IMG/VR virus record: IMGVR_UViG_3300022690_002018
Span: 1-59,507 of that record
DNA from: a virus
Taxonomy: Duplodnaviria; Caudoviricetes
Direction: 5' to 3' (one strand)
DNA length: 59,507 nt
Shown here piece by piece: positions 27,130 through 35,405 of the stretch. Under the pieces are notes generated by a model. The model had not been told where the DNA came from. It was given only the letters and a program-made list of their open reading frames with translations, and ran no database searches. Positions within the stretch are counted from its first letter, which is position 1. Each line of letters starts with the position of its first letter. The translations under genes and the position numbers were made by a program.

Positions 27130-27198
27130 TGGTCGGATGTGGGAGTTGCACCCACATTACTGGCTATGCCTGCACTTACTCGTTAGATGAATCCGACC
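27130..27198 (-). pseudogene. tRNA-like element with a degenerate anticodon arm
   Basis: Acceptor stem GGTCGGAT/ATCCGACC and T arm GTGGG-TGCAACT-CCCAC; no 7-nt anticodon loop. Confidence 0.5.
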
Positions 27199-27218
27199 TT
27201 ATCTGTATTTCCTTTTTA

Positions 27219-27290
27219 CGTCGATACGGGGAATCGAACCCTGCTTACAAGCGTGACAAGCTTGTTTCTTAGCCACTAGAAGATATCGAC
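27219..27290 (-). tRNA. tRNA-Asp (GTC)
   Basis: GTCGATA/TATCGAC acceptor stem; CAAGC-TTGTCAC-GCTTG anticodon arm; TTCGATT T loop; G discriminator. Confidence 0.88.
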
Positions 27291-27436
27291 CTCATTAATG
27301 TGTATCTCTCCAATTGAATTGCCTTGTAACTCTCCCAATTTTACGCTTTTAAGAGTAATAATAGGAATGTTAAATTCAGCACACCGTTTATCAAACAGAT
27401 GACCTGACCGCATTGTATTTCTACGATAGATTGGAA

Positions 27437-27793
27437 TCATTTTACCTTCTTATACTGACGTTCAAATTCCTTTGGTGTATAGACGGTAAAACATCGAGAG
27501 TATTCTTTAACAACCCAGTTTCCTTGATAAATACGTATTGCCGCTTTATCAAATAAGCATACATCGATATACGCATTACTTGGCGTTTCTGTACCCCCTT
27601 TTATAAAGGTTACATTCCAATAATCGGGTATTTCATCCCCACAAAACTTATGTACATAACGTAATCCTTGTTTTGTTGCCCATGCTTTAAATTCTACAAG
27701 GTTGTTGTCAGCCACATCAAACGCGTCTTCACCCTTCCATTCTATGGGCAATTGAAACGCCTCTACTGAAACCATTCTATTGTATTTTGACAT
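27437..27793 (-). CDS. AFQ-domain family protein (paralog 5)
   Basis: SVEAFQLP...FKAWA...GNWVVKEYSRCFTVYTPKEFERQY; closest to 6777-7178. Confidence 0.72.
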   Translation of the reverse strand: MSKYNRMVSVEAFQLPIEWKGEDAFDVADNNLVEFKAWATKQGLRYVHKFCGDEIPDYWNVTFIKGGTETPSNAYIDVCLFDKAAIRIYQGNWVVKEYSRCFTVYTPKEFERQYKKVK

Positions 27794-27816
27794 TTAATTT
27801 TTCCTTTAATTATTTT

Positions 27817-28458
27817 CTAGGATAATAAAGCCCCATCACTTTCTATATTTAATATCAGTTCTTCTTCACTATTATCAAGATCATAATCACTCCCTCCATC
27901 TCTCCTATGTGGCTCTGGTAAGAAAGTATAGCGACGACAATGTCCCACATTAATAAACGAAAAACAGATGCTCACTGTGGCCAAACAAAAAGACAGGATC
28001 GCTAAGACCATAAAGGCAGTTACACTCTTAAAGACTTTCACATCCCCTTGGGTGACAGCACCAACCATTGCAAATATTGCTCCTAAACGGAAGCTCTGCT
28101 GACCCAGATCAACGACCGCTGCTATTGCATTCCAAGTGTTCCTTGTCGGATGATTTGGGCGAAACTCCAAGTTACCCATCGACATCCCTGTGTTATAAGA
28201 ATGTGAAAGCATAGATATCAGTGCAGAGCCAACAGCGATCATCCAAAGTGCAGGAATGGATACGGGAATTTGAAACGGATGATGATGCACTATACCAATA
28301 ACGACCACTTCCGTTAATAAGAATATCATCCTAGACACGTTACTGATGGTGCGAATAGATGTAACCCAACAATAACGCCCAACAGACGGTTTATGGTAGA
28401 AGGCCGACTTACTAATTAAAACATTCTCATCTTCTTGAACAGTTACTATTTTTCTCAT
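27817..28458 (-). CDS. Multi-pass membrane protein with acidic C-terminal tail (moron)
   Basis: About four hydrophobic segments; tail DYDLDNSEEELILNIESDGALLS. Confidence 0.65.
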   Translation of the reverse strand: MRKIVTVQEDENVLISKSAFYHKPSVGRYCWVTSIRTISNVSRMIFLLTEVVVIGIVHHHPFQIPVSIPALWMIAVGSALISMLSHSYNTGMSMGNLEFRPNHPTRNTWNAIAAVVDLGQQSFRLGAIFAMVGAVTQGDVKVFKSVTAFMVLAILSFCLATVSICFSFINVGHCRRYTFLPEPHRRDGGSDYDLDNSEEELILNIESDGALLS

Positions 28459-28505
28459 TTGAATTTATATCCTTTTTATTTGTTTACCTTCTCTATGGAC
28501 AGAAT

Positions 28506-28733
28506 TTATTTTTCCCCAAGAAGCCCTGGTATAAGTATCTGTGTTTGTCTCCCTTTCTTACCATGAATCATAATTTTATCACCCTGCTCTATTGCCATCA
28601 CTAACGCATATTGAAGGTCAACGGCTCGTCGAATAACATCTGAACGACTGGGCGCACCTATTTTTTCCACTGTTTCGTCGGCTTGATCAATGGTTATTGC
28701 TCTCATTCGAACTTGGATCATTTTTGATTTCAT
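28506..28733 (-). CDS. RHH (CopG-like) protein
   Basis: MIQVRM...SRSDVIRRAVDL...ILIPGL; same subfamily as the C-termini of 7205-7621 and 7618-8331. Confidence 0.78.
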   Translation of the reverse strand: MKSKMIQVRMRAITIDQADETVEKIGAPSRSDVIRRAVDLQYALVMAIEQGDKIMIHGKKGRQTQILIPGLLGEK

Positions 28734-28750
28734 ATCTTTTTCCTTATTTC

Positions 28751-28822
28751 TGTCGGTACGGGGAATCGAACCCCGCTTACAAGGATGAAAACCTTGTTTC
28801 CTAACCACTAGAAGATACCGAC
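28751..28822 (-). tRNA. tRNA-Glu (TTC)
   Basis: GTCGGTA/TACCGAC acceptor stem; CAAGG-TTTTCAT-CCTTG anticodon arm; TTCGATT T loop. Confidence 0.9.
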
Positions 28823-28827
28823 TCAAG

Positions 28828-28901
28828 TAGCGGGGGTAGGATTTGAACCTACGACCTTCGGCTTATGAGACCAATAAGCTACCTAACTGCTCTACCCCGC
28901 A
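28828..28901 (-). tRNA. tRNA-Met (CAT), initiator-like
   Basis: TGCGGGGTAGAGCAG...CTCATAA...GGTTCAAATCC...CCCCGCTA with an unpaired 1:72 position. Confidence 0.88.
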
Positions 28902-28908
28902 TTGTGTT

Positions 28909-29400
28909 TTAGTCGTTTAATAATACTCTATATCGCTTACCGCGTTCAGCGTCAGGATTAGTACAATAGATACATCCTTTTTCAACTAAGTGTTTAAACT
29001 GTCTTAATATGTTTTTATTATAGGTTAGAATCCCCATTTTTCTATACACTTTAACAACATCATTTGCGTGCATACCGTTTTGTTTATCAGATTCTTCTAT
29101 TAATTTTAAAGTAGTATTTAATGATACATCAGTTTGCCTAGGCTTTTCATATTGGCACTGAAAAACATTTTCAAAAAACTCCGATTCTTCAGTTATGAAC
29201 TCTCCATCAGACTTTTTTACAACATAATCTAGGGGACATGCAAAATATGAACTGCAGATTCTTACACCTGAGTTAGATATCTCAAATTCAGTTAATCCAT
29301 TTTGAGTCGCCCATATTAAAAAAGGCTTTACATCCCATTTCTCAGAAGAAGGTAGTTTAATAGCTTCCACAACATTTAACTTTCTATGATATAAACTCAT
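28909..29400 (-). CDS. AFQ domain (paralog 6) fused to a winged-helix-like domain
   Basis: YHRKLNVVEAIKLP...FLIWA...PLDYVVK...EFFENVF, then ILRQFKHLVEKGCI...RGKRYRV. Confidence 0.68.
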   Translation of the reverse strand: MSLYHRKLNVVEAIKLPSSEKWDVKPFLIWATQNGLTEFEISNSGVRICSSYFACPLDYVVKKSDGEFITEESEFFENVFQCQYEKPRQTDVSLNTTLKLIEESDKQNGMHANDVVKVYRKMGILTYNKNILRQFKHLVEKGCIYCTNPDAERGKRYRVLLND

Positions 29401-29411
29401 AAAACAGTCTC

Positions 29412-29906
29412 CTATAAATCCGCAATACCATATTTTTTATACGCTTTAATGAAGTGGCGAACCGTCCCCTTACCAAGTCCCGTGTTGTAGTACGTCTTCC
29501 AATACTGCCCGAGTCCTTTAACGTTATCCGCTTCCGGTAGAGCTTCCGCATTGCGAAAATAATGTACTCTGGCCATACAAGTTGCTAGATATAAATCTCC
29601 GATCATAAAGCGTGATTCGCTGCGTATGTCTTTGCCAAAACGACGATAAAACATATCCGCTAATTCTTTCCTTGGGTTAATAAAATTAGCCCAAATGTCA
29701 TTATAGGTAGCTGGCTCCATTTGATATATGCCTTCAGCGGGTCCGTTTATTTGAACTAAATAATGTCCCATGGCACTTTCAACTGCTGCGGTCCCAAGTA
29801 ATAAGTTAATAGCAGCAGGCGTATCTATCATCTCAGAATAAGTGGATAGTTCCCTCAACAAAGGCATTATCACGTTTTCTTTTAAATCTTGTGGATTAAT
29901 TCCCAT
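29412..29906 (-). CDS. Endolysin (lysozyme/transglycosylase-like)
   Basis: LLLGTAAVES, GIYQMEPATYNDIW, YWKTYYNTGLGKG. Confidence 0.78.
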   Translation of the reverse strand: MGINPQDLKENVIMPLLRELSTYSEMIDTPAAINLLLGTAAVESAMGHYLVQINGPAEGIYQMEPATYNDIWANFINPRKELADMFYRRFGKDIRSESRFMIGDLYLATCMARVHYFRNAEALPEADNVKGLGQYWKTYYNTGLGKGTVRHFIKAYKKYGIADL

Positions 29907-30030
29907 GGTTTTATCTCCTTTTAGTAAGAAAGCCTGCCTCTTTTACCCTGGGACAAGGGCAAGCAAGATAAACCAAATGAAAAATCTCACTGTTCAAAGA
30001 AGCAGCACTTTCACGATCCATCATATCAAA

Positions 30031-30071
30031 GTAAAAAAGTGTTGACAAGTTGGGTAATCTTGTGTGAGAAT
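30031..30071 (+). promoter_or_regulatory. Promoter plus operator for the secreted-protein pair
   Basis: GTAAAAAAGTGTTGAC at 30031-30046; TTGACA...TGTGAGAAT. Confidence 0.55.
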
Positions 30072-30104
30072 GCCTACATTGTCAAAAACATTAAGGAAAA
30101 CCAA

Positions 30105-30512
30105 ATGAAAAAATTACTATTACTTTTAACCGGAATTTTGATGTCGTGTAGTGTGTATGCGCAAACATTTTCAACAGCTCATTTTACAACGTCTTTGCTG
30201 CCAACAGATGAGCCTATTTTGATTAAGTATGCTGGCAAACAGATGGGGCCATTTTTTTGTCATTTTCAAACAGGAGGGGACAATATCCCGATAACAATAA
30301 GTGGAATAAATGCAAAACCTTTGGACCAAGGAGACGGTCCATACGATAAATTGGGATCTTACACAATTCATTATCCTGGTATTACTAGGTTTCACCTTAG
30401 CCTAACGGGAATCATGCAAACGGAACAACCTTCTGTATTGATACAAAATAATGACTACACGCCAACTTCAAGAGAACATTCGACTTTAATTATAAAATGT
30501 GGAGAACCGTAA
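30105..30512 (+). CDS. Secreted protein A (moron)
   Basis: Signal peptide MKKLLLLLTGILMSCSVYA; CHFQTGGDNIPI. Confidence 0.78.
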   Translation: MKKLLLLLTGILMSCSVYAQTFSTAHFTTSLLPTDEPILIKYAGKQMGPFFCHFQTGGDNIPITISGINAKPLDQGDGPYDKLGSYTIHYPGITRFHLSLTGIMQTEQPSVLIQNNDYTPTSREHSTLIIKCGEP

Positions 30513-30513
30513 C

Positions 30514-30915
30514 ATGAAAAAACTACTATTAATATTAACAGCATTAATATCTTGTAACGTTTTTGCTAATACATTAATTTTACAAAAAACACTGCTACCA
30601 ACAGACGACCCCATTATTTTTGAACATATGTATAACAAAGATGATGTGGTTTGCTATTTCCAAACAGGGGGTGACAATATACCGATCAATGTATCACCGT
30701 TTAATTTTAAAATGAATCCAAAAGAAGCCGCCTACAGTGCTAAACCAGGGGATCATGTGATTAAATACCCTGGGGCAACCGCATTGTATTTTGGTGCGTT
30801 ACCCATCAATCCTGAAGTACCCATGCGTTATATAATTAGTAATAATGATTTCTCACCCTCGTCATTAACACATTCGTTACTGGTAGTCACTTGTTGGAGT
30901 CATCCTTATTCTTAG
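30514..30915 (+). CDS. Secreted protein B, paralog of A
   Basis: Signal peptide MKKLLLILTALISCNVFA; CYFQTGGDNIPI. Confidence 0.78.
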   Translation: MKKLLLILTALISCNVFANTLILQKTLLPTDDPIIFEHMYNKDDVVCYFQTGGDNIPINVSPFNFKMNPKEAAYSAKPGDHVIKYPGATALYFGALPINPEVPMRYIISNNDFSPSSLTHSLLVVTCWSHPYS

Positions 30916-30928
30916 AGAAACCTAGATA

Positions 30929-30961
30929 ATAAATGCTGCCTTTGAAATGGGCAGCATTTAT
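30929..30961. terminator. Probable bidirectional terminator
   Basis: ATAAATGCTGCC / GGCAGCATTTAT hairpin between convergent genes. Confidence 0.75.
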
Positions 30962-30978
30962 AAAGTTAGTGGTTTGTA

Positions 30979-32847
30979 TCACAATATTGTAGTATAAGTA
31001 GCTTTTTCAGTTATTGCCGGAATCTGAACAACGCCACCATTTCCAACAGGAACAAAATTATTACCACTAGAAAAATCAACATCACCTAGAACACTTGATC
31101 CTGTACTTACAGCACCAGTACCAAAATTACCGCCATTAAGAAAACGAGCGGAAGAGGAATGCTGTACCTCAATATCAGCACTTCCACTACCTGTAATTGT
31201 TATTATCTCTATTCGGCAAGAAGAACTAAAGTTTATAAATAAACCGAAATTAGCACCTGTTCCTTGGTCATTATCTATTGCTTTAACATCGCCCAAACCT
31301 GTTAAGTGGCTACTGCCTTCTACGTTTATTCCTCCGTCATTATCGGCTGAAAGTAATAATGTATTCACTGTCAACGCAGACGCATTAAATACATGAATAC
31401 CAAGACCCTGATTCGTCAAAACAATCATTGTATCCGCATCCATTTGGCTACTCAATCTTACTGAAATAGCCCCTTGCGTAACAGTTGATACATTCCCGCA
31501 GACAATGATTACATCAGAATCTAAATGCGTCGCTTCGATGTCCATTCCTTGTGATTCACAGCCATTTGTAATCAACGAATTTTTAACAATGATAGAAGAA
31601 TTTTTACACCTTAACCCTTCATCACCCGTTGCTGCTAAATAACCCGTACTGCTTTCACGAGAACTTAAAGTCGATTCATTCAAATTAATCGCATTGGGCG
31701 AAGCACCCGATGTTGTGGGCACACCCAGAAAACCCTCAAACGTAACCGATGCTTTGTTTAGTTTAAGAATAGCAGAATTAGCGAGTCCATCGGCTTCTGA
31801 AAGAATAAGATTGTTTAAACCGCCAAGAAAGGTAGAATCTACAAATAAACGCGAATCAGTCGTAAAGTCTAATCGAGACGGAAGGAACGTTACATTCCCA
31901 CTGGCAATATCAGCAGCCAGTGGCCTATTAGGATTATTGGGGTCTCGAAACGTATTTTCTACCGTAAGGGACACACCAGAAGAACCCGTAACCTTCCAAA
32001 CACCCTCGTGTTTGCGGTTATGTTCCTTATCCGCGTTTGAACCCGCAGGCGTAGTATCGTGGATAATAACGTAATCACCATTTTGCAAAAATCCTGGAAC
32101 AGAAGTAGATAAAGTATAAGTAACAGAATACGCCCCTGGCGATCCACTGGCATTATTAGCCGAAAGAATAACAACAGTAGTAAAGAGTTCACCTTCAACA
32201 ATAATGCGAGAGCCTTCAGAATGAGTCAACGTGGTTGTTTGAGTCTCCGTCACCTTTCCAATTATCTTAATACGAACCAGTACATTATCAAGAATATATT
32301 GATTACGAACAGATTCTACTGCGTCAAAAAACGTAGAAAACTGTTGACCTGCTCCTACCGTAATCGTCTTATTCTCTGTAATCATTCGGCTATTGCTACT
32401 GGAAGATATAATAAAATGGTTTTCTGTAAAACGAAAAGTGAGTTCGTACAATTCACCTTGGACAATCTCACCTGAAACTAAATCCAACCCATCGAGCATC
32501 TTAATGTCTTTCACACCCAAACTATCAACAGAGACGGTAACCGTTCCTGTACCATCATTAGTTTGGCTAGAAAAAAATCGAACACGCAACCCATCAAAAA
32601 AACTGGTAGGAATAGGAAAAATAGGATTGACTCTATTTAGGATTCGAGAATTTGCCGTTGCTCCCTCATCCGTGTAAAAATCACCCATCGCCACAAGATT
32701 AGACATGCTTTTAATCATTTGGTCTTGAGGTCCAGGGATTGTTTGTGCCGTTTTTTCAATAACGTTTCGCATTTCGTCATTAATGGAATTAAATTGAACG
32801 GCTGGCAACTCATCAATACCGTCTTGTTTAGCAGGGATATTATCCAT
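30979..32847 (-). CDS. Tail fibre/tailspike with beta-helix-like C-terminus
   Basis: Last gene of the baseplate operon; GLRVRF, KTITVGAGQQFST and repetitive beta-rich C-terminus. Confidence 0.8.
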   Translation of the reverse strand: MDNIPAKQDGIDELPAVQFNSINDEMRNVIEKTAQTIPGPQDQMIKSMSNLVAMGDFYTDEGATANSRILNRVNPIFPIPTSFFDGLRVRFFSSQTNDGTGTVTVSVDSLGVKDIKMLDGLDLVSGEIVQGELYELTFRFTENHFIISSSSNSRMITENKTITVGAGQQFSTFFDAVESVRNQYILDNVLVRIKIIGKVTETQTTTLTHSEGSRIIVEGELFTTVVILSANNASGSPGAYSVTYTLSTSVPGFLQNGDYVIIHDTTPAGSNADKEHNRKHEGVWKVTGSSGVSLTVENTFRDPNNPNRPLAADIASGNVTFLPSRLDFTTDSRLFVDSTFLGGLNNLILSEADGLANSAILKLNKASVTFEGFLGVPTTSGASPNAINLNESTLSSRESSTGYLAATGDEGLRCKNSSIIVKNSLITNGCESQGMDIEATHLDSDVIIVCGNVSTVTQGAISVRLSSQMDADTMIVLTNQGLGIHVFNASALTVNTLLLSADNDGGINVEGSSHLTGLGDVKAIDNDQGTGANFGLFINFSSSCRIEIITITGSGSADIEVQHSSSARFLNGGNFGTGAVSTGSSVLGDVDFSSGNNFVPVGNGGVVQIPAITEKATYTTIL

Positions 32848-32858
32848 TTTCTACACTC

Positions 32859-33467
32859 CTATAATACATATTCAAAAATCAAAACAACGTTGGCCGGACT
32901 AAATTTCCTAAACAAACATTCAATTAATGTTTTTGGCCCAGACGCAAAACACAAAGGAAAAGGAATCGGGAACAGGCAATCGTTAATAATTGTAGGCAAT
33001 TGTATAATCATTGTAAAGCGAGCAAAGGGAGTTCTAGTACAAAAAGGCAGAGGAAAGGGTAAAGGAAAAGTGATACATTCCGGTAAATGCTTTATGACTA
33101 CCTGAACTCCCAACAACAACCCTAAATCAATGTAATCCTGTTCAGTAAGCAGGGCGATTCCTAATTTTATAATGACGTTTCGTCGGCGTTCTTCTAAAGG
33201 CTCCTTCCCCGTAAAGCAATCGTCTGGGATACCTACCATACTTTCCCATTCCGAAATTAAATCCGTCGTGTTTCGAATGTCGTGTTGTCTTGACAACTCT
33301 TTAATCGAGCTTTCATCGCGTACAAATTCACTGGCTAATCCCAGCAATAACTTTTTTAATGTCGTTTTCTCAATATTCTTTGCCTCAAAAATAGGACCAT
33401 TCGGCAAGTAATCCGAAATACTTTTAGAATGTTCTTTTTGAGTATGGCATGTAAAGTCATTGCGCAT
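32859..33467 (-). CDS. Baseplate protein YmfQ/DUF2313 (Mu gp48-like)
   Basis: YLPNG, LISEWESMVGIPDDC, LEERRRNV, IECLFRKFSPAN. Confidence 0.9.
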   Translation of the reverse strand: MRNDFTCHTQKEHSKSISDYLPNGPIFEAKNIEKTTLKKLLLGLASEFVRDESSIKELSRQHDIRNTTDLISEWESMVGIPDDCFTGKEPLEERRRNVIIKLGIALLTEQDYIDLGLLLGVQVVIKHLPECITFPLPFPLPFCTRTPFARFTMIIQLPTIINDCLFPIPFPLCFASGPKTLIECLFRKFSPANVVLIFEYVL

Positions 33468-33479
33468 ATTGATTTACTT

Positions 33480-34841
33480 TTATGTTAAGTTAAAAATAAC
33501 ATTACCAAGGACAGCGATTTCGTCATTGTCTACTTCAATGTCTCCGTTAGGCGTACTCAGTTCAAAATCCGTTACTTTACTTCCCGTATCGTCAAATGCC
33601 TCAAAAACAGCACATTGATATAGAAATTGACTCATGGACGAACCAATAGGGTTTTGTTCCTTAAACAATTGCACTAAATTTGCCTTAACGGCTTCTCGCA
33701 AAGAAGAAGAATCGGGTACAAACACCGTAAAAATAAAATCAATCACTTTTGATCGCAATACTGGAAATATCACATTACCACTGGCAGGATCAATTAAACC
33801 CGTAGGATCACTACCGTTTACTGTACCCGCTAAAACATGCGCTGGTTTTATTTCTAAAACAGCGGCCTTTGCTAATCGTCGATCCGTTAGTGTTGGTATA
33901 ATGGTAGGGTCGTTATCCTTCGTAAAAAACACAGTAATATCGCCAGGGAGAGGGAAAGCCTCACGAACCAGTACCCGAGTAACGCCAGCGACAGTTTTAA
34001 CTTGTTGTTCTATTTGAGCTACATTGTAAAAACTGACAGGATTCTGATATCTATCAATGATTCGATTACGTAGGTCTTCATCCGATTCTAAGTCTTCTCC
34101 ACCACTAATTGTACTAAACTGAACAAATCCTGCACTATCAACGCCCGCTATGGGTGTAGTAAGCGTTAATGACGTTCCTGATTCTTGGTTGGCAATCTGC
34201 CCAAAATCTTGTGATTCTAAGGACACCGTAATACCGGTGAATTCAGCTTTAAGACTGCCGGTTGCAGGAGTAACTGGCGTTCCAATAATCCCATAAGTAA
34301 AGGTATCTTCACCCGTAGAAATTATTGTAAACTGTCCGTTATATTCAGGTTGATCCGCTCCTGAAATAATAACGGCTAACCCCGTCGCGTATTCATGCGG
34401 TGTCTCAGTTATTACGGTTACAATTTGCCCAATTCGAGTTAAAATACTAATATCTCTATTTAAATCTTTAATCTCAACCGTACCATTGGATGTATAAAGC
34501 GTTTGATCTTGCGTTTGAAAGTCAGTCCCGTTAGGAATAACTGACCCTGGCGTGCCGCCTATGGTAATTGGTCCCTCAGCAATAGTGGCTGCTTTTCTAA
34601 ATATATTCTTATAACTACCCCACCGTTCTAAAAACTGGCCTGTAGCAGTGTCCATAAACATTTCTGTCTCAAGAACTTGAAGCTGTAAGAAAAAATCAAA
34701 AACTCGACCTGAAAGGCCAAATGCTAAAGCACCAATAAATGAATTTCTTAAAAACGGATTTGATTGGGGAAGCTGCGCCCGTATATCATTCTTTATACGG
34801 TCGGTAATTTCCTTCCTATTATCGGGTATCTCAATTGACAT
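33480..34841 (-). CDS. Baseplate J-like protein (Mu gp47-like)
   Basis: FMDTATGQFLERWG, GGEDLESDEDLRNRII, VAGVTRV. Confidence 0.93.
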   Translation of the reverse strand: MSIEIPDNRKEITDRIKNDIRAQLPQSNPFLRNSFIGALAFGLSGRVFDFFLQLQVLETEMFMDTATGQFLERWGSYKNIFRKAATIAEGPITIGGTPGSVIPNGTDFQTQDQTLYTSNGTVEIKDLNRDISILTRIGQIVTVITETPHEYATGLAVIISGADQPEYNGQFTIISTGEDTFTYGIIGTPVTPATGSLKAEFTGITVSLESQDFGQIANQESGTSLTLTTPIAGVDSAGFVQFSTISGGEDLESDEDLRNRIIDRYQNPVSFYNVAQIEQQVKTVAGVTRVLVREAFPLPGDITVFFTKDNDPTIIPTLTDRRLAKAAVLEIKPAHVLAGTVNGSDPTGLIDPASGNVIFPVLRSKVIDFIFTVFVPDSSSLREAVKANLVQLFKEQNPIGSSMSQFLYQCAVFEAFDDTGSKVTDFELSTPNGDIEVDNDEIAVLGNVIFNLT

Positions 34842-35394
34842 TTTCCAACACCCCCGTATTATTCCAAATTTTAAATAAACGACTGTCTACGCGATCATTA
34901 AAGCGAAACAGTATAATATTCAGCAATAGCGCCCCATTTTCTTTCGACCCTACGACTTCAACGGATTTTAATAAATTGTCTTCAACCATCCATTCCAAGG
35001 CTTGATTGGTATAGTCCACTGCGGCGTTTACTTCCGTCTGTGTCAATCGCGCTTGAAACAGCAACCACAACTTCGACCCGATTTCAAAATTACCTATCTC
35101 ATTGGCTTCATTGCCAATCCAGCCGCGCCGTCTTTCAGGAACAACTTGCTCAGAAGCCGAGGCCCGTCGTTCACAAAATAACGTCATCTTTAGGGCCGTG
35201 TCAAAACTGGATTCGTGCGCAATATCCCCATTCTCATCAATATCGATATCAAACAGTTCTTGTTGACCAACTATCTCAGAAGATGAAACAAAACAAAGCG
35301 GAAATTTAATAGGAAATTTACAGCTTTTAAATACATTACGTAAACGCTTTGTTACTGTAATGTCTATAGCGCTTTCTGATTCTTCTAAGTGCAT
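34831..35394 (-). CDS. Mu gp46-like baseplate protein
   Basis: LFCERRA, RRGWIG, GSKLWLL, ALEWMVED. Confidence 0.9.
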   Translation of the reverse strand: MHLEESESAIDITVTKRLRNVFKSCKFPIKFPLCFVSSSEIVGQQELFDIDIDENGDIAHESSFDTALKMTLFCERRASASEQVVPERRRGWIGNEANEIGNFEIGSKLWLLFQARLTQTEVNAAVDYTNQALEWMVEDNLLKSVEVVGSKENGALLLNIILFRFNDRVDSRLFKIWNNTGVLENVN

Positions 35395-35405
35395 TTTTTC
35401 CTCGA

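Noticed and set aside
28734-28826. N-terminal extension of ORF 28506-28826
   Set aside because: It overlaps tRNA-Glu; the better start with an RBS is at 28733.
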